Origin: a virus
DNA: 64,000 bases
Direction: 5' to 3' (one strand)
Virus record (IMG/VR): IMGVR_UViG_2663763457_000002
The notes under the pieces were generated by a model, which was not told the origin of the DNA, searched no databases, and saw only the letters and a list, made by a program, of their open reading frames with translations. A program made the translations under genes and the position numbers. The stretch's first letter is position 1; each line of letters starts with the position of its first letter. Below, piece after piece: positions 10,281 through 20,172 of this stretch.

Positions 10281-11159
10281 ATGAAATTTACGAAACTGAC
10301 CGATCATCTGAAACTTGCCGCAGACAAACTCGTGGGATTTAAGCCTGAGCCTTACGAGTTGAATCCTGGTTTTGGCAAGGCAACGGAAAGCATCTACCTG
10401 ATGGTTGACCAGTTCCACACACTGTTTCAGCACCCACGCCGTGCCATTCCAGATCCGGCATTACTGCGTCTGCGTGCCAAGCTGATCCACGAAGAAGCAG
10501 TTACCGAGGGCATCCCGGCAGCCAAAAATGGGGATATGACGGCACTGCTGGACGCGATGGCTGACTTCCTTTACGTGGGCGTCGGCACAATGGTGGCCAT
10601 CAAAGGCGGCATCTCGACGGGCATGAGTTACTACACCCAAGAGCAGAGTGTTGATCGCTTCATCCACACCATCATGGTTCCGGGCAACACGGTCTTTGAC
10701 GATATGGCTATCCCGTTTGAAGAAGCAAAAGAAGCTGCATTAATGCTGAATGCGCTGGCTGACAAACTTGAAGCGAAGCCGATAAGCGATTCCGAATTGG
10801 TGCAGGAGCTGCGCCGCGTGATGAACAAAATCTACGTTGCCTGCATGATGACCTACCGTCTGGCTGATTTTCTCGGAATCGATATTGTTGAGCTGGTGGC
10901 AGAAATCCACCGTTCCAACATGACCAAGCTGTGGCCGGCTGACGCCGAAGAGCGTCGTGTGGCGGTAGAGAATTGCAAATACGATAAGGAAGATCTGGGG
11001 TTCCGCCATGCTGAAGGGACTGACATGATGATCGGCTTCAGAGTTTCTGATGGCAAGATCCTCAAATCCCCAACCTACAGCGATGTGGATCTGACTTGCT
11101 TTGTTGAGAAGGCGAAGTCCTCATCTCTTTACGAGATGGTAAAAAATAATTGTAAGTGA
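10281..11159 (+). CDS. All-alpha NTP pyrophosphohydrolase (MazG/PRA-PH-like, possible dUTPase)
   Basis: LIHEE..E...DAMADFLYV, EIHRSNMTKL and DGKILKS motifs; sits between nrdB and thyA. Confidence 0.72.
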   Translation: MKFTKLTDHLKLAADKLVGFKPEPYELNPGFGKATESIYLMVDQFHTLFQHPRRAIPDPALLRLRAKLIHEEAVTEGIPAAKNGDMTALLDAMADFLYVGVGTMVAIKGGISTGMSYYTQEQSVDRFIHTIMVPGNTVFDDMAIPFEEAKEAALMLNALADKLEAKPISDSELVQELRRVMNKIYVACMMTYRLADFLGIDIVELVAEIHRSNMTKLWPADAEERRVAVENCKYDKEDLGFRHAEGTDMMIGFRVSDGKILKSPTYSDVDLTCFVEKAKSSSLYEMVKNNCK

Positions 11160-11222
11160 GTACTTATCATTATATATTGCCTGGGCGTGTTTTATTGTCC
11201 AAGTTCTTAATTGCTCATTGCA

Positions 11223-11251
11223 ATGGTGGCCGAAGAGCCACCATTTTTTTT
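11223..11251 (+). terminator. Intrinsic terminator
   Basis: ATGGTGGC-cgaaga-GCCACCAT followed by a T run. Confidence 0.7.
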
Positions 11252-11326
11252 ACTCCCCTCCTAGCCTTACACACTTCTGACAGATAAACTTGTATAAAAT
11301 AATATGTATGTACTTACTTATCTTGT

Positions 11327-12442
11327 GTGAGGTTTATTTTGTCTATCCTACTGAATCGAGACTTTACGAACGGTCAGTTTGCCAGTGGTTCGTATGCCAA
11401 AGTGGTTGAAACGGTGCTCAACACTGGCGTTCACGCGGGTGATCGCACCGGAACCGGCACAAAAAGTGTTTCATATGTCCCTTCCTACTACATGCTGACG
11501 GGCGGATCTGTTCCACTTATCTCCGGAAAAGCCGTCAATCTGAAGCCGTTACTGGTTGAGCTGGAGTGGTATCTCAAAGGAACAGGCAACATCCAGTTCC
11601 TGAAAGACAATGGCGTCAAAATCTGGGATGCCTGGGCCGATGAAAATGGCGATTTAGGCCCGGTCTATGGCAAGCAATGGCGTCGGTGGGAAGACACTCG
11701 CATCGTGAGCCATAGCGAGTATCTGCGCAAAATCGACACGTTCCGTGAGCGCGGGTACAAGGTCGAGGGGTATCTTGGCGTAAGTGAAGATCGCGTTGTG
11801 TTGTCCCGTGAAATCGACCAGCTACAGCGTATCGTTGACACGCTTCGCACCAACCCTACAGATCGTCGCATCCTGCTGAATGCCTGGAATGTTGGCGAAC
11901 TGGAAGATATGAAGCTGCCGCCATGCCATTTCGTGTTTTCACTGTGGAGTCGCGAGCTGGACTTTGAGACCCGACTGACTATGGCCACCGACATTGGCAT
12001 ACAGCACAACCGCCACGGCCACGAGTCCATTTACACCCAGATGCTGTGTCTTCTGGAAAGAGATGGCGGCATTACTGAGAACATGCTGGACGAGCTGGGC
12101 ATCCCGAAACGCATTCTGAACTCATGCCTGGTGCAGCGCAGCGTCGATACCTTTGTTGGTATGCCGTTCAACATCGCCGGTTACGGCATTCTCACCCACT
12201 TCCTCGCGAAGATCACCGGCCACATGGCTGGCGCATTCGTGCATTTTGGCTTTGACGTTCATCTCTACGACAACCACATGGAAGGCGTTGAGGAACTGAT
12301 GAAGCGTGAGCCGCCCAAAGAGTCCGACCCGGTTGTCATCTTCCCGCATGAATGGGCCGAACTGGACGACTTCAAATGGGAAGGTGTGCAGGTGTGCGGC
12401 TACAGCCCTCTTCCGTGGATCAAGGTTCCAGTGGCGGTGTGA
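11327..12442 (+). CDS. thyA: Thymidylate synthase (true start may be TTG at 11339)
   Basis: DRTGTGT, ELEWYLKG, LGPVYGKQWR, LPPCH, QRSVD..GMPFNIAGY, HLYDNH. Confidence 0.96.
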   Translation: MRFILSILLNRDFTNGQFASGSYAKVVETVLNTGVHAGDRTGTGTKSVSYVPSYYMLTGGSVPLISGKAVNLKPLLVELEWYLKGTGNIQFLKDNGVKIWDAWADENGDLGPVYGKQWRRWEDTRIVSHSEYLRKIDTFRERGYKVEGYLGVSEDRVVLSREIDQLQRIVDTLRTNPTDRRILLNAWNVGELEDMKLPPCHFVFSLWSRELDFETRLTMATDIGIQHNRHGHESIYTQMLCLLERDGGITENMLDELGIPKRILNSCLVQRSVDTFVGMPFNIAGYGILTHFLAKITGHMAGAFVHFGFDVHLYDNHMEGVEELMKREPPKESDPVVIFPHEWAELDDFKWEGVQVCGYSPLPWIKVPVAV

Positions 12443-12443
12443 T

Positions 12444-12857
12444 ATGGCCAGAGGGATGTATGTGTTGTGTGAAATTGAAGGTGTGCTGGCGAGAGCCAGC
12501 CATCGTAAAGCAGTGCCTGATGCGGATGCAGGCGCTCTCATTGCCGGTGATGAACTCATCTTTCCCACCAGCCGCATGTTGCGTGGTTTTGCTCGATCCG
12601 GTGCTGAAGTGGTGCTTATCAGTAGTCGTCCGGAAGCGCTCGAAGGCCCAACCAAACGCTGGCTGAAGGACTTCGGCATTGACTATGACTGGCTCCACCT
12701 GTTTCCGCGCGGCGTCAGTTTTGAAACCCATATCAAGCGCACGCTGGCAGAGCACAAAGGCGACTTACTTATCGCCGCACTGGTTCATGATCCGCGTCTG
12801 CGTTCTGCGCTGGCAGATTCTCACCAGCGACCAACCATCTATGAGGTAAGCCAATGA
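12444..12857 (+). CDS. HAD-fold protein related to the PNK phosphatase domain, degenerate motif I
   Basis: LCEIEGVLA aligns with DxDGTL; ISSRPE..TKRWL motif II. Confidence 0.55.
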   Translation: MARGMYVLCEIEGVLARASHRKAVPDADAGALIAGDELIFPTSRMLRGFARSGAEVVLISSRPEALEGPTKRWLKDFGIDYDWLHLFPRGVSFETHIKRTLAEHKGDLLIAALVHDPRLRSALADSHQRPTIYEVSQ

Positions 12858-13330
12858 AGATGATTGCAGCTGTCGGCCGCAACTATGAAATCGGCATTGG
12901 CAACGAACTTCCCTGGCGTTGCCCGACCGATCTGAAACTGTTCAAACAACTCACCAAAAACGCCACTGTCGTGATGGGACGTAAGACGATGGAAAGTCTT
13001 AAACGTCCGCTGCCAGAGCGCCATAACCTCGTTTTGACGCGCTCTCGTGGCTATATCCCCAATGGTTTCTACCCCGCTGGCATCGATGACGTTTTGAGAC
13101 TACCAGATCCGGTCTGGGTGATTGGTGGCGGGCAGATTTACTCGCTCTTTATGCCACATGTTGAAGAGATCTGGCTGTCGCACATTGGCGTGGATGTGCC
13201 GGGCGCGGATGCGTTCTTCCCGGCGCCAATGATGCGTTCTTTAGGGTTCGTACCAGTCGAAACGGCTTATACCCAACGTGCAAATGAGGATGAGCCTGGC
13301 TTTTTGCAGATCGTATACAGAAGGTCGTAA
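12854..13330 (+). CDS. folA: Dihydrofolate reductase
   Basis: IAAV..IG..LPW..TDL..FK, VMGRKT.ESL.RPLP.R, VIGGGQIY, DAFFP. Confidence 0.95.
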   Translation: MKMIAAVGRNYEIGIGNELPWRCPTDLKLFKQLTKNATVVMGRKTMESLKRPLPERHNLVLTRSRGYIPNGFYPAGIDDVLRLPDPVWVIGGGQIYSLFMPHVEEIWLSHIGVDVPGADAFFPAPMMRSLGFVPVETAYTQRANEDEPGFLQIVYRRS

Positions 13331-13974
13331 TGGATTACCGGATTGGAATCACTGGCGCACAGGGCAGTGGGAAAACAACCCTGGCAAGGTACATCGATGC
13401 GCACTATGGCATTCCGTATGTGGATGCCGGTGTTGGCAAGCTGATGAGCAGTCTGGGGGTGAAGGTTGGCGAGCGTTTGCCTCTTTACGAACGTCTTCAG
13501 GTTCAGATGGAGATTGCCAGACACATCGAGATGATCACCCGCGGCGTTGAAGGTTTTGTCATCGACCGCACGCCAGCCGATGTCATGGCTTATACGCTTG
13601 ACCTGGTCGGCCAGACCAACGAAGACCGCTGCATCGAGCTGGCTCTCGACATTGAGCAGTTTTGCCACAAAGCGGCCATTTCCAACTTCAATGCTATAGC
13701 GGGACTTCGCCCGGGCGTTGAGCTTTCCAGCAAAGATCTCGCGCGTCCCCAGCGAGGATCGCTTGACCGTCTCTATGTTGCTCGCATCGATGCACTTATG
13801 TGCGGTGAGCTGACGAAAATCAACACGCTTCCCCAAACCGGCGATCTGCAGGTGTTCGTTATCTCTGAAAAGTGCCGCACGGTTGAAGCGCGAGCCAGAT
13901 CGGTATTGCGAGTGCTGGACAGAGCCGCTGAAAACATCGAGCGCCGTATAACAGGACGAGTGACCTTCCACTGA
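13330..13974 (+). CDS. P-loop kinase (NadR/dNMP kinase-like)
   Basis: ITGAQGSGKTT Walker A and VIDRT; within the nucleotide-metabolism operon. Confidence 0.7.
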   Translation: MDYRIGITGAQGSGKTTLARYIDAHYGIPYVDAGVGKLMSSLGVKVGERLPLYERLQVQMEIARHIEMITRGVEGFVIDRTPADVMAYTLDLVGQTNEDRCIELALDIEQFCHKAAISNFNAIAGLRPGVELSSKDLARPQRGSLDRLYVARIDALMCGELTKINTLPQTGDLQVFVISEKCRTVEARARSVLRVLDRAAENIERRITGRVTFH

Positions 13975-14037
13975 ATATTGCTCCCCTGTTGGGCAGTGTG
14001 ACAATAAGACACGCGAAATGAATCGAGGAAAAACAGA

Positions 14038-14457
14038 ATGATAGATGAACTTCCCCTCTCGGATGAATTAGATCGTAAAGCGATTGAAGCACTGATCCGC
14101 ATTGCTGACGAACAATCCCGCTCTTTGATGAGTGAACGTGAAGCACGTCTGGCTATCCGCGCAGTGTTTGAGTCCGTTCAAGGGCTTGTTGGGGAAGAGG
14201 TTGGCGAAGCCATCAATGTGGCGATGTCGCAGTTCAATGGCGGCACCAAGCGCCCTCTGTTTCCTATGCACCTCAAACTCTCAGGCGGTACGGTTCTGTA
14301 CGTGTCCGTCTGTCTGGAGACCAACCAAATCCAGATCCTCAACACATCAACGGGCGAATGGCGCGAGCCGGTCGTCTGCGAGAGTGGCGAGGACGCACTG
14401 AAAAAGGCTGCTCAGTTTGTGCGTGGCGCACTGCTGAAAGGCGCGAAGAAGCTGTAA
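14038..14457 (+). CDS. Hypothetical protein
   Basis: 139-aa ORF with RBS GAGG, in operon orientation. Confidence 0.7.
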   Translation: MIDELPLSDELDRKAIEALIRIADEQSRSLMSEREARLAIRAVFESVQGLVGEEVGEAINVAMSQFNGGTKRPLFPMHLKLSGGTVLYVSVCLETNQIQILNTSTGEWREPVVCESGEDALKKAAQFVRGALLKGAKKL

Positions 14458-14466
14458 GGAGTACCA

Positions 14467-15024
14467 ATGACCACGATTGTCGGTGGCGTCGATATTGAGT
14501 CCACAGGGCTGGACTTCACATCCGGCCACAAAATTATCGAAATCGCGATAACCCGTTATGAACTGGAAACCCAGAAGCACATCGACAGCCTTGAGATGCG
14601 CTTCAACCCGCGTCGCAGTATCGATCCGAAGGCGCAGGCGGTGCATGGCATTTCACTGGAAGATCTGGCGACGGAACCGCTACTGGCTGACCACGCAGGC
14701 AAGATTGCTGCGTACATGGGCGCATGTAGTGCGTTAGTCGCCCATAACGGAGAGGCTTTTGACCTTCCGTTCATTCGCCACGAGTTCGGTAGCTATGGGG
14801 TGAAATTGCCAGATATCCCTCTGGTTGACTCAATGCTAGATGGCTTGTGGGCTACCGAGGACGGGAAGCGTCCGCGCCTGGAAGAGCTGGCGTTCTCACT
14901 TGGGTTCACTTACGACCGTGAGAAGGCCCACAGTGCTCTCTACGATACTGACCTGATGATGCAGTGTTTCTTCAAAGCCCGAGAGAAATACGGCTTCTTC
15001 AAACTCCCATTCGAAAGCGCCTGA
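14467..15024 (+). CDS. DEDDh 3'-5' exonuclease (DnaQ-like)
   Basis: DIESTG, AHNGEAFD, HSALYD. Confidence 0.92.
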   Translation: MTTIVGGVDIESTGLDFTSGHKIIEIAITRYELETQKHIDSLEMRFNPRRSIDPKAQAVHGISLEDLATEPLLADHAGKIAAYMGACSALVAHNGEAFDLPFIRHEFGSYGVKLPDIPLVDSMLDGLWATEDGKRPRLEELAFSLGFTYDREKAHSALYDTDLMMQCFFKAREKYGFFKLPFESA

Positions 15025-15152
15025 TGGCGCTTTTTCTTTGCCTTCAGTTTTTCTAACTGCCTGTAATTATGACTTTTCCGCCTGATAGGTTTTGACAAAA
15101 TACGCTCAACCAAAACGCGGAAACGCACCAACAAAAACATAAGGAGTTAAAA

Positions 15153-15995
15153 ATGAATGCAGATGCAAACACTGTAAAAAACGATGACCTGGATGAACTG
15201 ACTGCAATGCTGCAATCTCTCGACGAACCAGTTCAGAAAGCTGTGAAAATGAGCGGTGTCGACGAGATCGACGATCTTCTCTCTGGTCTGGATGATGCAA
15301 TCGCAAAACCAGTCGAGGCGGTGGCGGATGAGGTCATGAATGCCAGCTCTACCGGCGATCTGAGTAGCGTTCTGGAAGAGCTGGAGATTGAGCACGAATC
15401 GGTGAAGGTCGAGGAACCAGAGCGTGACCTTATTGCGGAGATAGTGAGCGAGCCAGCGGCTGAACTTGACGCTAGAAGTATTGAGACTGCCGGTACAGAT
15501 CCAACTCCTTTACCTTCAGTGGCGTCAGAGCCTAAACCTGAAGAAGAGCAGCCAAAACGCCAGAAGGCAAAATCAGAGCGTGCGCCGGCCAAACCTCGCT
15601 TCACGCTGGAAGGTAAGGACGAATCGTTCTATGCGACAGCCGGTCTGGAAAGTGAGAGCTTTACTGCCGCATTCGAAGGGGCGCCAGTCAAAGCGAAAGA
15701 CAAGATCTTAAACCTGCTGAACTGGTTTAGTGGTGGGCCGGAAATCAGTGTATACACGGTAATCGCAATGCGCCATATCCTTGACGCGAACACGGCGACC
15801 AGCAATAGCATTAAACTGGCGCTAATGAGCAACCCGGAGAAACCGTATCCGCTCAACACGGCTTCGACTCAGGCTGGCCAGATGATGGCTGTCTTTCCAG
15901 CCACTGGCATCGCCACCAGGGAAGGTGGAAATCTAACCCTTAATAAAGAGTCGCCGATCGTCAAAAAATTCATAGCGGAGTATTCCATTGGATGA
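15153..15995 (+). CDS. Hypothetical protein with acidic N-terminus and possible C-terminal winged helix
   Basis: RBS AAGGAG; D/E-rich first half; folded-looking C-terminal domain. Confidence 0.75.
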   Translation: MNADANTVKNDDLDELTAMLQSLDEPVQKAVKMSGVDEIDDLLSGLDDAIAKPVEAVADEVMNASSTGDLSSVLEELEIEHESVKVEEPERDLIAEIVSEPAAELDARSIETAGTDPTPLPSVASEPKPEEEQPKRQKAKSERAPAKPRFTLEGKDESFYATAGLESESFTAAFEGAPVKAKDKILNLLNWFSGGPEISVYTVIAMRHILDANTATSNSIKLALMSNPEKPYPLNTASTQAGQMMAVFPATGIATREGGNLTLNKESPIVKKFIAEYSIG

Positions 15996-16180
15996 TGTTC
16001 CCCTACCCGATCTAAAGCCCCCTGAGAGCTTTAGGACGCTGGGTAAGCTCGTTGCATACCCAGCATCGATAAAACGCGCCAGAGAGCTTCCCGTTTGCGA
16101 ATCTGGCGCGTTCTTCTTTGTTTGCTATCCGTTGGATTAAATGAAAAAATAGGTAAGTATTTACCTATCAGAGCAAAGTA

Positions 16181-16774
16181 ATGATCGCAGCCGAAAAAAT
16201 CAAAAAGCGAGAGCGTGATGCCTCTCTTCGCGACCTTTGGCGCACACCGCAGTGGTTGTTTGTCGCCATCCAACGTTACATAGGCGTAAAGTTCGATGTG
16301 GACGTCGCCTGCAACAAAGATAATGCTCTCCTGCCGAACTTTATCGGTGTTGAGCGTGATGCGCTCAAGTGCAGCTGGGGAGAACCTGGCACTGTGGCGT
16401 TCCTTAACCCGCCCTACTCCAAAATCACCCCCTGGATAGACGCAGCCATTCGCGAGCAGGCGCGTGGAGTGACGACGGTCATGCTGATACCACAATCCCT
16501 CGATACGCAGTGGTACGAACGTGCGGCTGAATGCGCCAACGAAACCGTCATCTTGTCTGGCGGCCGCGTGGCGTTCGTTGAGCCGGATGTTGAACTTGGG
16601 CTGGTGGAGGTGAACATCAACCCTGGTGGCAGCATGTTGCTTATCTTCCGTGGCTACTGTCAGGAAGCTGGGCACACCATCAGCAAGATACCGCTGGCGG
16701 TGATGAAAAAGCTGGGTGGTTATGATCCTGCCAATGTTGTCAGGAAGAAGAGACCACGTAAAAAGGCAGCGTAA
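16181..16774 (+). CDS. Phage DNA N6-adenine methyltransferase (phage Dam family)
   Basis: DLWRTP, FDVDVAC, FLNPPYS, GRVAF. Confidence 0.9.
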   Translation: MIAAEKIKKRERDASLRDLWRTPQWLFVAIQRYIGVKFDVDVACNKDNALLPNFIGVERDALKCSWGEPGTVAFLNPPYSKITPWIDAAIREQARGVTTVMLIPQSLDTQWYERAAECANETVILSGGRVAFVEPDVELGLVEVNINPGGSMLLIFRGYCQEAGHTISKIPLAVMKKLGGYDPANVVRKKRPRKKAA

Positions 16775-16780
16775 ACACCA

Positions 16781-16894
16781 GTCTGGGAGTTAGTTTGAGA
16801 ACCTGCTTCCGTATATATAAATAACTAAGTACTAATTATTAATATATACAGACGCAGGCTTTTTAAGACGTGATTTCCAAACAACTCCCAGACC
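16781..16894. repeat. Long imperfect palindrome, copy 1 (homologous to 41261-41359)
   Basis: GTCTGGGAG...CCTGCTTCCGTATATAT-AT core-ATATATACAGACGCAGG...CTCCCAGAC. Confidence 0.8.
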
Positions 16895-16976
16895 GTTTTA
16901 CACCTCCAGAACCCACTGGAACCCCTCTCCAGACGCTCTAGAATCGATTTTATGAACCACAGTAAGGAAAACTATC

Positions 16977-17207
16977 ATGGTATACCCGACGAACGTCGTA
17001 GCGCTCGTTGAGAGCGATTTTCTGGCCAAAGTGCGCGACATGATGAAAGATCGCGATAAGGCTTTCAGTCTCTACGAATGGTCGCTCAAATGTCTTCATT
17101 CAGGCGAGCACAAAGAGCTGGTGGAGCAGCTGTTAGGGGAACTCATCAATGAGGTGTTTGCCCTGAACGTCCAGCTTCATGGTCGAGAAAATAACCAATC
17201 GAAATAA
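16977..17207 (+). CDS. Hypothetical protein
   Basis: 76-aa ORF, RBS AAGGA. Confidence 0.7.
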   Translation: MVYPTNVVALVESDFLAKVRDMMKDRDKAFSLYEWSLKCLHSGEHKELVEQLLGELINEVFALNVQLHGRENNQSK

Positions 17208-17804
17208 TCGGTAAGTACTTACCATTTAAAACGCAGATCGCCAGTGATAAAATCTACCCGCTTTCCGGATTGATTCCGGCAGCTCGGCCTGATGGGTGGG
17301 GGATAGCGTCACTGGCGTCAGGTTTAAAAAAGCTCACTACCAGCGTAGAACCGGCACCGTTTAGGGGTTGGGGAAGGGGGAACCAAAGTGGGCAGAGAGA
17401 AGGGTCACTTTATGATTGTCGAGTCTGGAGTGTTTCGAGAGGTTGAATCCAGTACTCCCCTTCATAAAGTGTGGGAAGATCTCGGTTCTGGGGTGCTGTC
17501 ATCCATAACTTCCCAAGCCTAAGCTGGCAGTAGACTTAGGTCATAACTTTTCAGGTTATGAAACGACCAGGTTGGTGAGGAAATTTTGTACTCACCTCCC
17601 TGGGAGAGTATTACCTGAAAAGACAACCTCTCACTTCGTTCGAGGTGAACTTCACTCACTTCGTTCGTTCAGTTCAGGTTTTATTAAAACCTGTTCTGGG
17701 AAGTAAGTTTTTCTTTTCTAAAAAATTTTTAATATTTACACGCACGCGTGCGCACACGCGCGAGGGAAAAAAAAATCGTCGCGGCGCACGATTCTGGAGC
17801 CAAA

Positions 17805-18413
17805 ATGACGACCAAGACCCCAGCCCGGCAACATACTGGCTGCCGCACGAAGTCCAAAGCCAGATACCAAACCCACCAGCAATCCCGTACCAACTTCAAA
17901 ACCCCCGTAGTCGAGTTCAATCCCCAGCTCAAAACCGTAAAAGTATTCAGTGATGGCTCTTGCCTCAAAAATCCGGGCGGGCCGGGCGGTTACGGCATCG
18001 TTCTCCAGTATCGAGGCGAAGAGCGCGAGCTTTCTGAGGGCTTCCACAGCACGACCAACAATCGGATGGAGATGATGGGCGCCCTGATTGCGCTGGAGCG
18101 TCTGAAGTACCCCTGCAACGTGATCCTGCATTCCGACAGCCAGTATCTTAAAAACGGCATGACGCTCTGGATGAAAGGCTGGAAGCGTAACGGATGGATC
18201 ACGTCTGAGAAGAAGCCAGTCAAAAACGTCGATCTCTGGAAACGTCTCGATGCGGCCGCCAGCCGTCACAATGTCCGCTGGAAGTGGGTTAAAGGTCATG
18301 CCGGTCATCGCGAGAACGAAATGTGTGACCGTCTGGCGAAGATCGCCGCCTACTCCGCAGCTGATATGCCTCACAAGCGTGACATTGGATTTTTGTCACA
18401 AAATAATAAGTAA
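17805..18413 (+). CDS. rnhA: Ribonuclease HI with basic N-terminal extension
   Basis: [52 protein letters not shown] before 17805. Confidence 0.95.
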   Translation: MTTKTPARQHTGCRTKSKARYQTHQQSRTNFKTPVVEFNPQLKTVKVFSDGSCLKNPGGPGGYGIVLQYRGEERELSEGFHSTTNNRMEMMGALIALERLKYPCNVILHSDSQYLKNGMTLWMKGWKRNGWITSEKKPVKNVDLWKRLDAAASRHNVRWKWVKGHAGHRENEMCDRLAKIAAYSAADMPHKRDIGFLSQNNK

Positions 18414-18416
18414 GTA

Positions 18417-18555
18417 TTTACCTATCATTTTAAATCAGGTATCTTACCGTTCGTCAGGATGACGAAGTACCGGTTAGGTACTGTTCCAGGATGGAACGCC
18501 AAAAGGCGGCTGGCTTGGCCAGCCGCAACTCTTTCTGACACTGAATGGAATCCAA
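18417..18555 (+). promoter_or_regulatory. Promoter and hairpin-rich leader with two CAGGATG stem-loops
   Basis: TTTACC-17-TATCTT; hairpins at 18450-18466, 18483-18497 and 18506-18526. Confidence 0.6.
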
Positions 18556-19050
18556 ATGGCACGTCAAACGCCTTTCACTTCTTTCAATAAACGTCCCCGT
18601 TCAATTCGCCTGGTTCTGGCCGAGCTGTTTAGCGGCCGTGTTTCTGCACGCCTTGCGGAACTGGAAGAACGAGTGTTTGAGCTGGAGAAGCGCATTGATG
18701 CGCAAGCTACCGCCATAGCAAATCTGGGTGCGACAGTAGGCATGGGGAAGGTGCGTGATTCCGTCGCCTCTCGTGTGTTGCGTGAATCCCAGGCACACAA
18801 GGACAGTTCTCATGGAAAATTTTCAACGAAATCGACTGAAGCCAATGGCCTACGGAGTAATTTTAGCAACCCTGGCAGCGGTAGCCGTGCCAGCCGGTCA
18901 GAGTCTGTTGATACCGGACACAACTACTTCCACCACAACCTTGCAGACGACACCCCTACCAGAACGACCTCCTGTCTCTCTGGATGGGATGCTGCTGGAC
19001 ACGATTCCAGCTCGACCTGCGACTCCGGATCTTCCTTCTGCTGTGACTGA
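18556..19050 (+). CDS. Hypothetical protein (coiled coil, Ser-rich C-terminus)
   Basis: 164-aa ORF after the structured leader. Confidence 0.7.
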   Translation: MARQTPFTSFNKRPRSIRLVLAELFSGRVSARLAELEERVFELEKRIDAQATAIANLGATVGMGKVRDSVASRVLRESQAHKDSSHGKFSTKSTEANGLRSNFSNPGSGSRASRSESVDTGHNYFHHNLADDTPTRTTSCLSGWDAAGHDSSSTCDSGSSFCCD

Positions 19051-19059
19051 GGCTGTTGC

Positions 19060-19248
19060 ATGAAATGGAGCTTCCAGAAAGTCACCGCGATGATTGTTGG
19101 CCTCGCCATTTTTCTGCTTGGTGGCTGGATCATGAATCTGGTGAAACTCGTGAACGGTGGCGATCTTCAGTTTGATGCCGGAATGACACTTGCGCGTGTC
19201 GTGGGCATTTTCGTTGTTCCGGTGGGCAGCATTCTCGGGTTCTTTTGA
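19060..19248 (+). CDS. Small membrane protein (two predicted TM segments)
   Basis: Two hydrophobic stretches; RBS GAGG. Confidence 0.7.
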   Translation: MKWSFQKVTAMIVGLAIFLLGGWIMNLVKLVNGGDLQFDAGMTLARVVGIFVVPVGSILGFF

Positions 19249-19356
19249 TGCCGAATCCCTTTTCGGCACTGTTAAAACAAATTGTTTAGCCAATTAACCA
19301 ATGAGAGTTAACAACAAGGGCCACTGACGGCCCTTTTTACACTGAATGGAGAATGT

Positions 19357-20172
19357 ATGTTTGAGGCAACTGCACACACTCCCACCACTACAGGCTTACA
19401 CGCCAAACCATCGATGACCAGTCAGGAGATCGCCGAAATGGTCGGCAGTCGCCATGACAGCGTAAAACGCACCATTGAAAGACTCGCTAAATCCGGCGTT
19501 ATTACTTTTCCACCAATGGTGGAAAAGCCCACTGCCGGGCGTCCGGCTACGTTTTACTTGTTCGAAGCCGAACAGGGTAAGCGCGACAGCATCGTTGTCG
19601 TGGCACAGCTTTCTCCTGAATTTACCGCACGCCTTGTTGATCGGTGGAGAGAGCTTGAGTCCATGTTTGCCGACCGCGGAACGCCTGCTATTCCACGTAC
19701 CTATAAAGAGGCTCTGGTTCATTTGTTACACCAGGTCGAGGAAAACGAGCGTCTGGAGAAAGAGAACGAAGCGTTAGGCGTTGCACTATCTAACGCAAAA
19801 CCAAAAGCCATTCTCATGGACACCATTTGCGGCACTGCTGATGAGCTTTATGGGCTGAATGAAGCTGGTCGCATTCTCGGAACGTCCGGGGCTGTTCTGG
19901 GTGCGCTGATGGACTCGCTGGGTGATGTGTACGTTAAGCGCAAATACACCACTGTTAACCGCCAGTTCCTCAAGATCTTCATTGACCGCGGATATGGCAA
20001 AAACGTTGTCATCGGAAACGGACGCAACCAGGCCAAGTTCACCTTTAAAGGACTTTGCTTTGCTGCCGTGAAGCTAATTGCTGCCGGGAAAATTACCGCC
20101 AGCGCCATTGAGTATGAGCCGTGTCGTGAGCATGTCGAACGTGAAATGAAGGAACCCAAACGTCTTCATTAA
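19357..20172 (+). CDS. Rha-family regulator / antirepressor (Rha N-terminus, KilAC-like C-terminus)
   Basis: MTSQEIAEMVGSRHDSVKRTIERL, VVAQLSPEFTARLVDRWRELE, IPRTYKEAL, AKPKA. Confidence 0.85.
   Translation: MFEATAHTPTTTGLHAKPSMTSQEIAEMVGSRHDSVKRTIERLAKSGVITFPPMVEKPTAGRPATFYLFEAEQGKRDSIVVVAQLSPEFTARLVDRWRELESMFADRGTPAIPRTYKEALVHLLHQVEENERLEKENEALGVALSNAKPKAILMDTICGTADELYGLNEAGRILGTSGAVLGALMDSLGDVYVKRKYTTVNRQFLKIFIDRGYGKNVVIGNGRNQAKFTFKGLCFAAVKLIAAGKITASAIEYEPCREHVEREMKEPKRLH

Noticed and set aside
11327..12442. Thymidylate synthase homologue as a base-modifying dCMP hydroxymethylase
   Set aside because: It keeps PFN (Asn, dUMP specificity) and lies beside DHFR, consistent with ordinary ThyA despite two insertions.
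6633..12442. Introns or inteins in nrdA, nrdB or thyA
   Set aside because: The ORFs are continuous and of about normal length, with no splicing motifs.
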